The notes beneath the pieces were generated by a model that made no database searches, had not been told where the DNA came from, and saw only the letters and a list, made by a program, of their open reading frames with translations. A program made the translations under genes and the position numbers. 64,000 bases of DNA from Saprolegnia diclina VS20 (lineage: Eukaryota): contig NW_008246154.1 in the NCBI RefSeq assembly GCF_000281045.1, positions 19,781 to 83,780 of the forward strand, in the 5' to 3' direction. Shown piece by piece: positions 25,394 through 37,706 of the stretch. How positions within the stretch are numbered: position 1 is the stretch's first letter; every line of letters starts with the position of its first letter.

Positions 25394-27889
25394 ATGGCCG
25401 CGCTAGTCAAGGAGTCGACCGAGAAGCCACAGGCGGCGGACTTTACCTTGGATCGGGAGCTCGGCCAAGGCAACTTTTCCAAGGTCTTTCTGGGCACGCA
25501 CCGCGCGTCTCGCGAGCAGTTTGCCATCAAGGTCATTGAGAAGCAGCGCATCATGCGCCTCAAGATCCGCCACCCCAACATCTTTAACGAAGTCAATATG
25601 GAGAAGGCGGTCCTCAACACGCTCCGCCACCCCAACATCATTCGGCTCTACCACACGTACCAAGACGCGACCAACCTGTACTTTCTCATGGAGTACATTG
25701 CGAACGGCGAGCTATGGGACGCGCTCACGCTCTGCGGCAAGCAGGTCGGGTGCACCGAAGGCCTCGCCCGCTTCTACGCTGCCGACATTGTCAACGCGCT
25801 CGAGTACCTCGCGTCGCAGCACATCGTGCACCGGTACGCCCGATCGTTTTTGCATTTTTGTTTTTCATTGTTATCTCAAAACAACGTTAACGTAGGGACT
25901 TGAAGCCGGAAAACATGATCGTGTCCAAGGTCGACGGTCATTTGCGGCTCGTCGACTTTGGTACGGCCAAGAACCTCGCGGACCCGGCGCTGAACGGCCC
26001 CAACTTTGTCGGTACACCAGGTAGTCAATTATCCTTGTTAGTCGAGGCATCGATGATGAAGGCGGTGGTGAGTAGAGTACATGTCGCCCGAGACCATCGC
26101 CAACCAGTCGGTCGACACGAGCAGTGATCTGTGGGCGCTCGGCTGCATCATATACCAGCTCCTCACGGGAGACACGCCGTTCCAAGGTGGATCGCCGTAC
26201 TTGTGCTTTCTCAAAGTCCAAGACGGCGTGTACGACGTGCCGTCTTTTCTCTCCGACCCGGCGCGCGACCTCATTGCGGCCCTATTGCAGCCCGACCCGA
26301 CACGTCGTCTTGGCGCCAATGGCTTTGATGCCCTCAAAAGTCACTTTCTCAAACTCAATAATCGATCGCTCAAACCGAAACGTGTAGCGCACGCCTTCTT
26401 TGCCGGCCTCAACTTTGAATCGCACATGACGAGTTCGCCACCTGTTGCCACGCTCGAAGACAAGTTCATTTTCGAATCAGCCAAGCAAGTCCACGCGTAC
26501 GTGGCGGCGGGCGGTGGCGACGACAAGGTGCCCGCCGTCTTGGCCCAAGCCGTCGCGCTCGCCCACCCGCGCAAGCCGCGCCTCATGCACGTACTCGATC
26601 GCATGCAGCTGCTCCAGCACCCCGGTAGACCCTAGTCTCTTCATTTCGTAGTTTGCTGAAACAGCATATCTCTCGCTATAGACGTGTACCTGCGCTTCTT
26701 CTCGAGCATCGGCCTCGGCCGGTGTCTGTATGCGACCAAGCGCGGGTACGTCGGCCTCACCCACAGCGTCCAGAACGAGTGGAAGCAGTCGTTCACGTTC
26801 GCGCACGTAAGTCCTCGTGCGATGGCTCAACAGCATGCAAGCAGCGTGTAGCTCTCGGGGCCTTCACTGGGCAAAGCTGCGGCGACGGCCGAGATGGATG
26901 CGCTCGGCGGCTCCTCCTGGGCGACGGAGCTCGCGCTCTTTACGGACGCGCTTCTCGCCCTCAACGAGACGCTGCCGGCGCTGCTCGTGCTCTCGGGCAA
27001 CATGACACACGCGTCGCCGTCTCAGAAATTTTACGGTCCGCAGCGCGATGCGTTCCAGGCCAGCCTTGCGACCTTGGACCCGCGCATTCGCTTGGTATGT
27101 GAAATCGGTAGAATCGCCTAACGGCCCAGTAGGTGGTGGTGCCGGGGGACCACGCAGCGGCTGACGTGGCGGCGTATACGGCCGACTTTGGCGACGACTA
27201 TTATGCGCTCTGGTAGCAGCGTGCACAGGACGACGCAGTGTCATCCTCGGCGGTGGATAGGTATGGCGGCATGAAATGCTTGGTTGTCAACTCGTCCTTG
27301 TGGCTGCATGCGGCGTCAGAGCACGCTTTGCATGAACGCTACTTGGCCCAAGACGGTAGAATGAAGGCTTGCACAGGAATCGATGCCACGTCCTACGTAG
27401 CCTGGCTCAAGAAGGAGCTCGAGCACGGTGCGCTCTGCGCCCAAGTGCTTTGCGTCTTGAGCCATCACCCGCTGTACATTGCCGAGAGCGACGAGCCGAC
27501 GCTCTTTGCCGAGACGAATTGCAACAACAATGCGCCGGCCGCCCCCTGGAACGTGCCCCGCGAGGTAGCGTCTAGGCCATACCACCCTAATTCCATATCG
27601 GTGCTAGGTTCGCCTCCCGCTGCTCGAGCTCGTCGGCACATCCAAAGTCCACGCCGTCTTTAGCAGCCATTATACCACACATGTCCACAACCGGTTTGCG
27701 CGCCCTGGCAAGCACAATGGTGGCGACGACGACGACGACGAAGACGGCGCGCCGCAAGGCGGTTGCTGCGACATGGTTGTCACTGCGTCGTTTGCCGAGG
27801 GTGAGAAGAGCGCCTACCACCGCGTGCACGTCGAGCAGACAGGTCTCTCGATCACGCGCACGCTTCTCGCAGCGCCGCTGCACGTGTAG
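25394..27889 (+). CDS. PDK1-like AGC kinase fused to a CPPED1-like (probably inactive) calcineurin-like phosphoesterase
   Basis: Kinase: GQGNFSKV, AIKVIEK, HRDLKPEN (spliced), DFGTAK, FVGTPEYMSPE, SSDLWALGCIIYQLLTG. Further exons give EWKQSFTFAH, FGDDYYALWYGGMKCLVVNS, AQDAWLKKEL, SHHPLY, VHAVFSSHY. One splice junction near 27095-27132 is ambiguous. Confidence 0.8.
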
Positions 27890-27962
27890 CGCAGGTCCAT
27901 AGATAACCACGACAACCTCCTTGCATGGGCGGTGCAATGACCAACATGCATTACGATCATTG

Positions 27963-28271
27963 CTACTCGAGCGCATCGTCATGCAGCAGTGCGTACTCGT
28001 CCATGAGCGGCGCGAGCTCGACCTCGGGCGTGGACGGCTTCTGGTGCTTCTTCATGACGTTCGAGACGCGCTCGAACTGCGCCTTGCGGACCGCGTTGGC
28101 ATACTTGAGCGCATCCGTGGCGTCGAGGCGTCGTCGCTGGACAGCGACAAAGACAAAGAGCGTGGCGAGCACGCCAAAGACGACGAGCGCGCTGCGCAGC
28201 GCCATGGCCTCGGTGGCCGCGTGCTCGTGCGCGAGCCAGAGCGCGGTCGTGTTGCTGCTGCCGCTGCTCAT
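27963..28271 (-). CDS. Small single-pass membrane protein
   Basis: 102-aa ORF with one hydrophobic helix (ALVVFGVLATLFVFVAV) followed by RRR. Confidence 0.6.
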   Translation of the reverse strand: MSSGSSNTTALWLAHEHAATEAMALRSALVVFGVLATLFVFVAVQRRRLDATDALKYANAVRKAQFERVSNVMKKHQKPSTPEVELAPLMDEYALLHDDALE

Positions 28272-28855
28272 GCTGGCGTTGGGAAGGATATCGGTTGTGT
28301 TGGGAGTTTAAAAACATATTTCGTCGTGAATAACTCGACATTTGTAAGCGGAATAAAACATTTCGAGGCACTGAGCGTGGCTATGGGGAAAAAAGTACAA
28401 CGACCAACGTTCTGACGTTGCACCAAGATCGCAACACGCAGCTGCGGCTATCCACAAGGTTGCCATGACGCAGCCGGCAGGCCCCACGGCGACGATGGCT
28501 AGCGACCATAGTATATATCGTCGCGAGCTATCGTGCTGGCTTTGTACTTGCTTAAGTAATCCTTGCTTGGTATCGTCGCCGAGTTTAGAGCAAACACTCT
28601 TCCTCCAAGAAGAACGCGATGACAGCAAATGCGCTGCCAAGTCTTTTGCGCGGGCAGCGCATGATATGGACTCATGGCACTTGGTACTTATATGACGACT
28701 TTGGCCGACCGCCCGTGCGTTCGGGCGCATGCTGCATGGTGACCGACGCGATATAGCGAGAAGAACATAACTGTGTTTTTTCAGATAGGATAATAGGGTC
28801 TGGGATTGAATAGATAGCAAGGTTTATGTTGCCGCGTGTCGAGGGCCTCGAGTGT

Positions 28856-29579
28856 TCAGGTGTGCAGATGACTATGGTCGTAAAATTGTTTGGTGCATGC
28901 GTTGCGGGCGTGGGCGCCGTTGTTGCCGACTTGCGACGCGCCGACGCCGACCGACTCGGAGCTGAGCACAAAGTGGCCGTTGTTGCGCCGGAACTGCGAG
29001 TTGCCCGTTCGGAGCGTGTAAAAGGTGTCCCGATGGCTCTTTTGGTTGAACTCGGTCACTTGGGTGCGCCCAATGTCGTAGAGAAACTTGGTTTCTTTGA
29101 GCCCTTCGGGAAACTGGTGCTTCGCCTCCGTAGCGTCGTCTTCTTCTTCGTCCGGGTGACTCGCCCGGTGCTTGGCAATACCGGTCTGCGCGATCGTATC
29201 TTCCCGGTGCAGCGTCTCGCGGTACTGCTCGGTGCGCACGTGGCTCATAAACTCGTCGCGCCGGCTCGCGTCTTTGGTGCCAAAGCCCGCCTTGCGCGTC
29301 TCTGGGGGCTGCGTTTTGAGGTACATGACCCCGTCGACGAGCGGGTCCGACGCGTACGTCTTCTTCTCGAAAAAGCCTTTGCCATCGCACGTGTCTTTGG
29401 CCGGCGCCGTCTGGAACTGCTTGCTCTTGTGTCGGTCGCTCTTGCCTACGCCAACGATGACGTGGCAGCCTCTCGTGCAATGACAGAGTACCTTCAATGA
29501 TGTGCGGGTCGCGGTACGGGTCGCCAATGCTCAGGTAGCTCTTGGCGATGTTCTTATTGAGCTCCTTCGAGCGGTACAT
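28856..29579 (-). CDS. Probable flagella-associated protein (CFAP96/DUF4586-like N-terminus)
   Basis: Spliced MYRSKELNKNIAKSYLSIGDPY...RHKSKQFQT..GFGTKDASRRDEF; intron near 29445-29491. Family assignment is from remembered motifs only. Confidence 0.55.
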
Positions 29580-30127
29580 GCTGTATGAATGTGCTCTCGG
29601 GTAGCGATTACGGAATGGAGAGCGCAACGATATCGCCACGGCCCTAATTTTAGCGCCTCACCAACGCCAGACCGAGCCAATCAGCCGGCCAACAATATAA
29701 AGCCGATCTTACCGTCCAAGATGACGTCCCCGGGATAGCTCATTGTACCCTGCGTAAAGAAACTGCGATAGCCATGTGCCATGGTGATGGCTTCTCGATG
29801 AATCGATCGGCAACTAGCGTTAGCGTATTTTCGAGCTCTCGGAAAAACGCGATATTTCCTGCTACAACATTAGCTAGGGTAGGCTAGTAGGCTCCTGTTC
29901 CTAGTCGTTGAAGTGAATGGCTGCTCGTCGGTGCATTCCTTGCTCGCATACTCGAGCGTTTGGCCGTTGGACACGAAGGCCAACGACGCGCCGTACATTG
30001 TGTGTACGAGACGTACATCATTGTACGTACGCTCGTACTGGTACGTCGAAACAGGCGCTGCCCTGTGATTGGCCCTTTTTAGAGGCAAATTGTTGCAAGT
30101 CGGCCGCAATCCGTCATCAGCATCAGC

Positions 30128-30730
30128 ATGTTCATCGTCGTCGGCTCTGGGAGCAACCCGTACGTCGTCGGCCTCATCATCGCGGTGCAGCTGCTGCCCG
30201 GGCTTCTAGGCCGCGGGATGCTTCCGATCTCGGGCGAGACCTTGGTGCTACTGGGCCTCGTCGTGTATGCGATGTATCATCTCTACGTCCACCGTGACGT
30301 CATCCGCGCCGACGGCCTCGCTGGGTTTGTCTCGACGCTCTTTGGCCCGCCGGCCGAGGCCGAGCCGAGCACCGACACGGAGCGCTACAACCACATCATC
30401 AAGACGATCTCAGGCCTGCCCACGGAAGAGTTCAAGCCGCTCGCGCACATTGGCATCCACGAGCTCAAAGCGCGCCTGCGCCTCCGCGGCGTCGACACAA
30501 AAGGCGTGCTGGAGAAGGACGAGCTGGTCCAGAAGCTGCATGATTTTCGCGGTGGCCCGAGCGAGTCGTGCTGCATTTGCTGCGAAGACTACGTCGAGGG
30601 CGACGTCCTCCGGCTCCTCTCCAAGTGCAAGCACGACTTTCACCTCGAGTGCCTCGACAAGTGGGCGCTCACGCTGGCCAATTCGACGCGGGACCCGTCC
30701 TGCCCGCTCTGCAACCAGTCTCTCGAGTAA
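30128..30730 (+). CDS. Membrane-anchored RING-H2 E3 ligase with SAP-like helical domain
   Basis: Two N-terminal hydrophobic segments, IHELKARLRLRGVDTKGVLEKDELV, and CCIC...CKHDFHLECLDKW..CPLC. Confidence 0.9.
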   Translation: MFIVVGSGSNPYVVGLIIAVQLLPGLLGRGMLPISGETLVLLGLVVYAMYHLYVHRDVIRADGLAGFVSTLFGPPAEAEPSTDTERYNHIIKTISGLPTEEFKPLAHIGIHELKARLRLRGVDTKGVLEKDELVQKLHDFRGGPSESCCICCEDYVEGDVLRLLSKCKHDFHLECLDKWALTLANSTRDPSCPLCNQSLE

Positions 30731-30837
30731 GAGGTTCATGTCGATAACACGTTTTTATATGTCTTTGAATATGTACGAGTGAATTACGCAGCAAGAGAAG
30801 AGTATATTTTGTAGTATATCGTCGCCATACACGTCTA

Positions 30838-31997
30838 CTACGGCGAGAGCACTTTCAAGTCCTCGTAGCACTGCGCTTCGAGAGCCAGAAGCGCCTGTTC
30901 AATGCGACGGGTAATGTCTGAGTACAGCGCATGCTCGGACGTCTGGGACACCCATAAGTCCGGGCTCTAGTGATTCATCGATACATCATCAACATGCCAT
31001 GAGAAAATGGAGTTTGGGACGTACCTCGGCGCCTTGGACGCGGTCTTTTGCGTATTTTTCAAAGAGGTCGTCAAAGTAGATTGGCTCGCCGACGCGCACA
31101 TGCACATGGTTGCCCGTGGTCGGGATCATGCTCTTGAGCTTGTGGTTGGCGTTCTGCGGCATAACCTAATACAATAACATTGCGATACATTCGTCATTGC
31201 CAGCATCGTCGACGTACGGCATCCAGACCGAGATGGTAGATCGGTACGACGATCGGCGTCTCTTCTGCGCGAGCAATGAGCTTCCCGACACCCCACTTGA
31301 GCCCTCCGATCTTAGTTTGCATTGGCTCGTCGCGCTGCCCAAGATCTACACACGCACATACATGCTGAGCTGGCGACGACAACGAAATGAACGTACGGCC
31401 GCCTTGGACGATTTTGCCTTCGGGGAAGACATGGACCCACTCGCCCATCTGCACTTTCTTGAAGAGATCGTGGAGCATGGGGTGGTCAATGCCCGCACCG
31501 CGCTTGATCGGCAGTGTCTTGGAGCCGTAAAAGACCGCCGAGAGCAATGGGCCCTTGGTGTAGCAATACTCTTGGCTACACAGCCCCCAGCGCGAGACCC
31601 GAGGATTCGCACAGGCCCACGGCAGCATGCGTGCAAAGAGCGCCGGATCGTCGACCGTCGATGAGTGGTTCGTCACTGTAATGAGCGACCGGTGGCGCGG
31701 GCGCGCTAAGATCCACTTGGCGAGCGCGTCTTCGTTCTGCATTGAGAACGAGTTCAGAGCGCCAAGGTACACCTTGGCGACGAGCGTTGCGGGATAGAAG
31801 AGAAAGGTAGAGCGGGCTGCGCTGTAAAACACGGCGGGCAGGCGGTCGCGGGTCGCGACGTGCTGGGCGTGCTTGGCGAGGTAGTCAGGGCTGCCATCGT
31901 CGGCCGGCGGCGCGTCCAGGCAGAGGCCGGCGACGCCGACAGCGACTGTGGCGCCGGCGCCAAGACCGGCGAGCTGCACCGCGCGTCGGAGAGCCAT
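30838..31997 (-). CDS. TAZ: Tafazzin-like phospholipid transacylase, multi-exon
   Basis: LITVTNHSSTVDDP (HX4D), LPIKRGAGI, WVHVFPEGKI, LKWGVGKLI, PIVVPIYHLG, and 3' exons VHVRVGEPI and LYSDITRRIE. Confidence 0.9.
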
Positions 31998-32562
31998 CGA
32001 TCGACGCAAAAAAAAAGCTCGTTCGAGATGCAATTCCGCGGACGCGATTGGCTCAGCCACCAGGTGGTTGCATAAAATGCAACGTCCCGCATCTATCTTG
32101 GCATTTGTATGGAATTTAAATAGAATTGGATTCTATTGCGTAAACAACGGCTGGGATATGCCCGCGCGGTGGTATTTCTAAACGGTAAAAATGGTCGCTC
32201 GAAACACCGCATCTGTGTTTTCATAACCGACAGCACCCGGCGCAACTCGATTTTGGCAAGGGATTGAGACCTCCTTTCCCACAAGCTCTGCTGTATCTTA
32301 CTCGTATCGCGATGCGACGCGGCGCAAGGGTGCTTTGCACGACGTACAAGCCGTTGAACGACCGTATCTGGCGTCGACACCACAGCAGCAGGCTCGCGAA
32401 GGATGCGATGCCATTGGCCAAAACAGCATATCCCGATGACCAATCCAAACGTGCCATATACAAAGCACTTGGATTTTGTATGTCGACGTGGCCGTGGACT
32501 TCAACAGAGCAGCCAATCATAGCAAAGCGACAACAGCCAATTCATTTGTTCATTTTGACACG

Positions 32563-34492
32563 ATGGTCGCACGCAAACGCAAGCCCGCGGCGGCGCACGA
32601 CGACGCCCCGACGATGCAGCGCAGAGCGCCGCTCAACTCTGATAGCCCGCTGGATGCGGTACGGCTCGAGTTCAAGGCCATCGCAGAGAGCATCGAGGTC
32701 GAAGGCAAGGACGCCACGCGGGCTCGAAGGGTTGCATGGACAGCAATCCTCTCACGCTGCCAGGCAACCAGGCGCTGATTGCACGCGCGCAAGCCGCCGT
32801 CGCCTCGTGGACGTCGTCGCCAAAAAAGCTCGTGTTCCAGACGCAATACGACTATGCCGAGTCGTTCTGCCAGCTGCAAGGCCGGGACAGCGTCTTGGCC
32901 TCGGTGCTGCACGCGACGGATCTTTTGGACGTGTACGTGGTCAAGGTTGAGATGGTGCGCGAAGGACGCTGTCGCATGTCGCCGGCGCAGCTGCATCGGA
33001 ACCGCGCGCGGCTTCACCGGTACTCGTACGACGACTACGACCACGGAAACGACTGGCCCAACTACGCATCGATCGACGACGTTGCGACCGAGACGGTTGC
33101 TGCGAAAAGCTGGAGTGACGCGCACAACAACGACGTTGAATTCAAGATCGAGTTGGACTTGTCGACCGAACTCGTCCACGGCGGAAATCTCTTTGCCGAC
33201 ACAAGTAGCCCAAACGAACACATGTACCGCGACTGGGCCAAGGCCAAGGAGCCGAACGTCGAGATGACCTTTCGCCGCTGCGTCCTTGTCGTGTGGCCGC
33301 AAAGCCGGGCCTTTGTTGCCGCGGGTTTCAAGCCCAACCTCGCGCGCGACGTCGCAGCGGCCGCCGCTGGCGACAAGGCCGGCGCCACCGCGACGCTTTG
33401 CAGCATGGCGACGAGCGCGACGTCCATCTTGTCAACCGAGCTTGTGAGCGCGCTTGAGCTTGCGACGACGGTCGGCGCCAGCGACGTGGCTATCTCGCTC
33501 TGTCGTCTCTGGGCTGCGACGCCTCAGCCGCGTGAGCACGCGTGGAAATCACCCAAGGAGCTCGCTTTGGTCTCGGCGCTGGCCAAAGCACTGCACGCGT
33601 TGGGCGCTGGTCTTTTGGACGTTGTGATGACCGACATCTTGCCCAAGCTCCGAAAATGCGATGCTGCACGCCTTGCGACCGAGTACCCACCAGGCGCCCA
33701 CGCCATTGTGTCAGCGTTGCTGGCAGGCGACTTGTACAACTTGACCGACACGCTCTCCGTGCTCTACAGCCTCTTTCGGTACGTATCCTCGACGACGATG
33801 CGCTGCTGCAGTCGCTGTTGGCGAAAATGTGCGCGACCTCGATGCCGTGGCATTTGTCGTTCGCCAAGCTCGCGATGGCCGACCCGACGGATATCACATG
33901 TCCGCTTGTGGTACGGCTCTTGCGCCGCACCGATGCCGACGCTGAGCAGCTTCAGGAGATTGCTACCATCGTGCACACGACTCTCCAACTGCCCGGGATG
34001 GCGCCACTCGTTGTCGACACCGTGCTCGAAACGTGCACCCACGTGCAGGACGCACTTTTGCCGAGTCTGCTCTCGCGTTTGGAGCGCGAGGCCGTCACTG
34101 AGCACACGCGCCGGCTGATTCAACACCGACTGAGCTTGCTTCCATCGCTCGAGGCAGGTCCGCCAGACACAGGAACGTCGTGGTGTCAACCCTACGCGAC
34201 GCTGCCGACGCATCCGCACGTGCAAGCGTTCCTTCGCGGTCCGCTGCAGACACTGAGCCACAAGGGCTGCAATGGCATTGTCGGCGCCAGAGAGTTTGCG
34301 ACCGAGCACTTTACATGTGACGAAAGCTACCACGGGACGACGCGTGCGAGTGCGACCGCTGTCGCCTCGGGCTCGGGCGCCAGGACGCGCGTCGATATCA
34401 CCAAGACGGATGCGTTCCGACCCAAGGTGCTGCAGGAGTGGAAGCGCTACTGCGACGAAGCGGCCACGCTACGCGCGACCTTTCGTATCTAG
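32563..34492 (+). pseudogene. Internally deleted, frameshifted paralog of the adjacent Fe/2OG-like gene
   Basis: Shares KLVF..YDY..SF..LQGRD, VxVxWP and HPHVQAFLRGP..AREFA..TKT blocks with 34856-37271. Frame breaks near 32735 and 33785. The oxygenase-like domain is absent. Confidence 0.65.
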
Positions 34493-34855
34493 TTGTCTAG
34501 CATCGTAAGACGATAGATATGTAAACTACTAGTACATGCTAATATACAAGAAAGTGTGGTCTTCTCAAGCATGGAGCGGCTTGCCGCGACGTCCGCCATG
34601 GCATGTTGTGATCCTGTGTCGTACCTTGTTTGCTGTGGCTCACTCCCAACAACCAAGTGCTGACGCCAACCCCCGCGCACTCAGGCATAGCGCTGCGTGG
34701 CGTCGGGATCGGTGGTGGCACGGGCTTGGTTGCGCGGGTGCGGCTTGACATGCTTCGGCGTCGCTGCGAGAGCCAATCAAATGACACCGACGCCATTTTG
34801 TAGCCAATCAACAATAGCGAATCCTTGGGCGGAGCAAACTCGATAAAGCGTCAAG

Positions 34856-37271
34856 ATGACCACGCAGGATGAGAGCGACGACGAGCCTCGGCGCGGGCAT
34901 AACGACTGTCGCAACAGCCCTGCTAGCAAGCTCGAGCGCGCTTTTCGCTCGATCCTGCAGAGCATCGCCGACGACACCAAGGACATTGCGCTCGGCGCGC
35001 GGCTCGGACCCGACTGTCAAGCCAAGGTCGAGGTTGACGGCGTCGGGCGCATTGCGCTGCCGCTGTGCCCAGAGCAAGTCGCGACTGTCCGGTCGTCGCT
35101 TTCAGCACCGTCTCGTCCCGGTCATGCCCTCGTGGTCGATGGATCGCGCGTGCAGACGTCGCCGTCGTGGCCAGGCACGATCGGCCTCTTGGCGACAAAG
35201 GCGTGCACATCCCTCGGGCTTCGCTTCGACGTTGAGACGCAATTCAAGGGCCTCGTCATCCAAGCAGCGGGCGATGCACCCGCGCCATTGGACACGCCTC
35301 TCGGCCACTGCGCCACGCTGGTTGTGCAGCTGCCCGCCATCCATTCAGGCGGCGGCCTCCATGTCGCTTCGGGTGACCGGACGGCGCAGCTGGTGTTTGA
35401 CGGCCCCGACACGGCCGACGAAAGCTACTACACGGTGGTCCTTCGCCAAGCAACGTGCGACGAGGCGCCTATCACGTCCGGGCACAAGCTGTCGCTTGTC
35501 TATCACATTGTCCGAGCGGGCAACGTTGTGACGCCGACGACCGAGGTGCTTGTGACGCAGGCGCGTGCGGCCGTCGCCACGTGGGCACCGCGTACACCGG
35601 AGAAGCTCGTGTTTCCGCTCGATTTCGACTACGATTTCGAGTCCGAGACGGCGTCGTTTGCGCTGCTCCAAGGTCGGGACAAGGCGCTGGCCGACTTGCT
35701 CGTGGCGACCGACGCCGTCGACCTGCACCTTGCCACCGTCGTGCAAAGCGTCCTCGGCGAGGCGACCAACGTCAAGCCGCCGCGCCGTCTGTTTAACCCT
35801 CGCTCGTGGGGGTTAAAGCGCCGGCGGTACGAATCCGACTCGGACGACTCGGAGGACGACGGCGAGAACGCGATCATGGACGACATTTTTGAAACCTCGT
35901 ACGACATGACCCACTGGATCAACGAACGCAACGAGCGCGCCTCGTTGGAGCTCGATCTCGAGCCCGAGACGGAAGTCGTCCTCTGCGATGTCCAAGGCGA
36001 CATGTTTGCCGGGAAGGAGCCGGTTGAACGCGACTATATGGGCTGGCAAGGCTTTGATCAACCCAACTTGACCGAGACGTTCGAGTGTGCCGTGCTCGTG
36101 GCCTGGCCGCGCTCGCAAACGCTCTCGATTGCAGGTCCACGTGCCGTGCTGTCGCGCGCGCAATCGCAAGTCGCAGCGAGCGATACCATTGGTGCCCGGG
36201 CGACGCTTGATCTACTGACAGAGTCACCGCTCTTGACTGCCGACCTCACGACAGCCCTCCGCATGGCGACGACCCTTGGCGCCGACGACAAGGCCACGAC
36301 CTTGGTTCGTATGTGGGCGCCGACAGCGCCCAGAGGCTCTGTTGACTACGCCGTCTTGGTCGATGCACTTGGCGCGATGTTTGCGGCGTTTCCGCAGCTT
36401 GCAACGATGCTTCTCCCCGTGGTGTTGCCGACACTCTGTGGTGACAGCGCGATTGCCCTTGCTGTCGCCTGCCCTCACGACCTTGACGTCATTTTGTCGT
36501 CGATCTCGGGTTCGTTTTCGTTTTCGGGTTTCCGAATGCTCGATACGATCGTCGTTGCGGACCCCTCGCGACGGGAAGCCGCGCGCCTCGTCCAGCTCTT
36601 TCAACCCAAAGCCCACGCATTTTCCGACCATGTTGACGCCGCCAATGACGCGCTCTCAAGCCCGTCAGTCGCCTCGACGACGATCCTCACAAGCCTTGTG
36701 ACGCGTCCGACACGGCCGGCATCCACACGACGTGCAAAGCGTCGCCGACATTGCCGTTGCCGCTTTGGCGCAGCCCGACATCAACCTGGCGGTGGCCAAT
36801 GCGATCGTGGCCGCCACGACGTCGGTGCACGATGCGCTCTTGCCAAAGGTACTGGCCGGCGCTCGCCACTGCGCGACGACCAATGCCTACCGCTGTCTTG
36901 CCTACCACCGCCTGTCGTTGCTGCCAGTGGACGGGACGCCGCCGCCGGTGCCGACGCATGTCCAGTCGCAGGCGACAATGCCGTCGCACCCCCACGTGCA
37001 GGCTTTTCTACGCGGGCCGGCGCCGACGATGCAGGTGCGCGGATTCACAGGCATTCGCCAAGCGCGCGAGTTTGCCGCCGCATGGTTCCGCACGGATGGC
37101 AAGTACGACGCGCGTTCCCACGCGAGTGCGCTCCCGGTGGTCTCGGGCGCCGGCAAGACCTCGCTCGTGACGCTCACCAAGACGACGGACTACTTCAACG
37201 CGGTCGTTGCCAGCTGGGCGACCCAGCGCGACGAAGCCATCGCACTCCGATCGCTGCTGCGGGCATCGTAG
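34856..37271 (+). CDS. Fe(II)/2OG oxygenase-like domain protein with helical region and conserved C-terminal domain; one apparent frameshift
   Basis: VEVDGVGRIALPL, ATLVVQLPAIHSGGGLHV, EAPITSGHKLSLVYHI. The frame changes near 36710-36730 before HPHVQAFLRGP. Confidence 0.65.
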
Positions 37272-37450
37272 CTACAACCCCTGCTACAACCCATCTAAGA
37301 GCCTTTCAATAGATTAAACGAGTTGCGTGTACTAGTAGTGGCTAGACCGACTGCATGCTTTAGTCGCTGTTTTAGAACCGAACTAAGACTCGGATGTAGG
37401 CGCAGCCCAGCGCATTCCGGTGCGTCAGAGGAGCTATCGATAGCAGTCAT

Positions 37451-37706
37451 NNNNNNNNNNNNNNNNNNNNNNNNNNNNNNNNNNNNNNNNNNNNNNNNNN
37501 NNNNNNNNNNNNNNNNNNNNNNNNNNNNNNNNNNNNNNNNNNNNNNNNNNNNNNNNNNNNNNNNNNNNNNNNNNNNNNNNNNNNNNNNNNNNNNNNNNNN
37601 NNNNNNNNNNNNNNNNNNNNNNNNNNNNNNNNNNNNNNNNNNNNNNNNNNNNNNNNNNNNNNNNNNNNNNNNNNNNNNNNNNNNNNNNNNNNNNNNNNNN
37701 NNNNNN
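37451..37706. other. Assembly gap
   Basis: Run of N. Confidence 1.
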
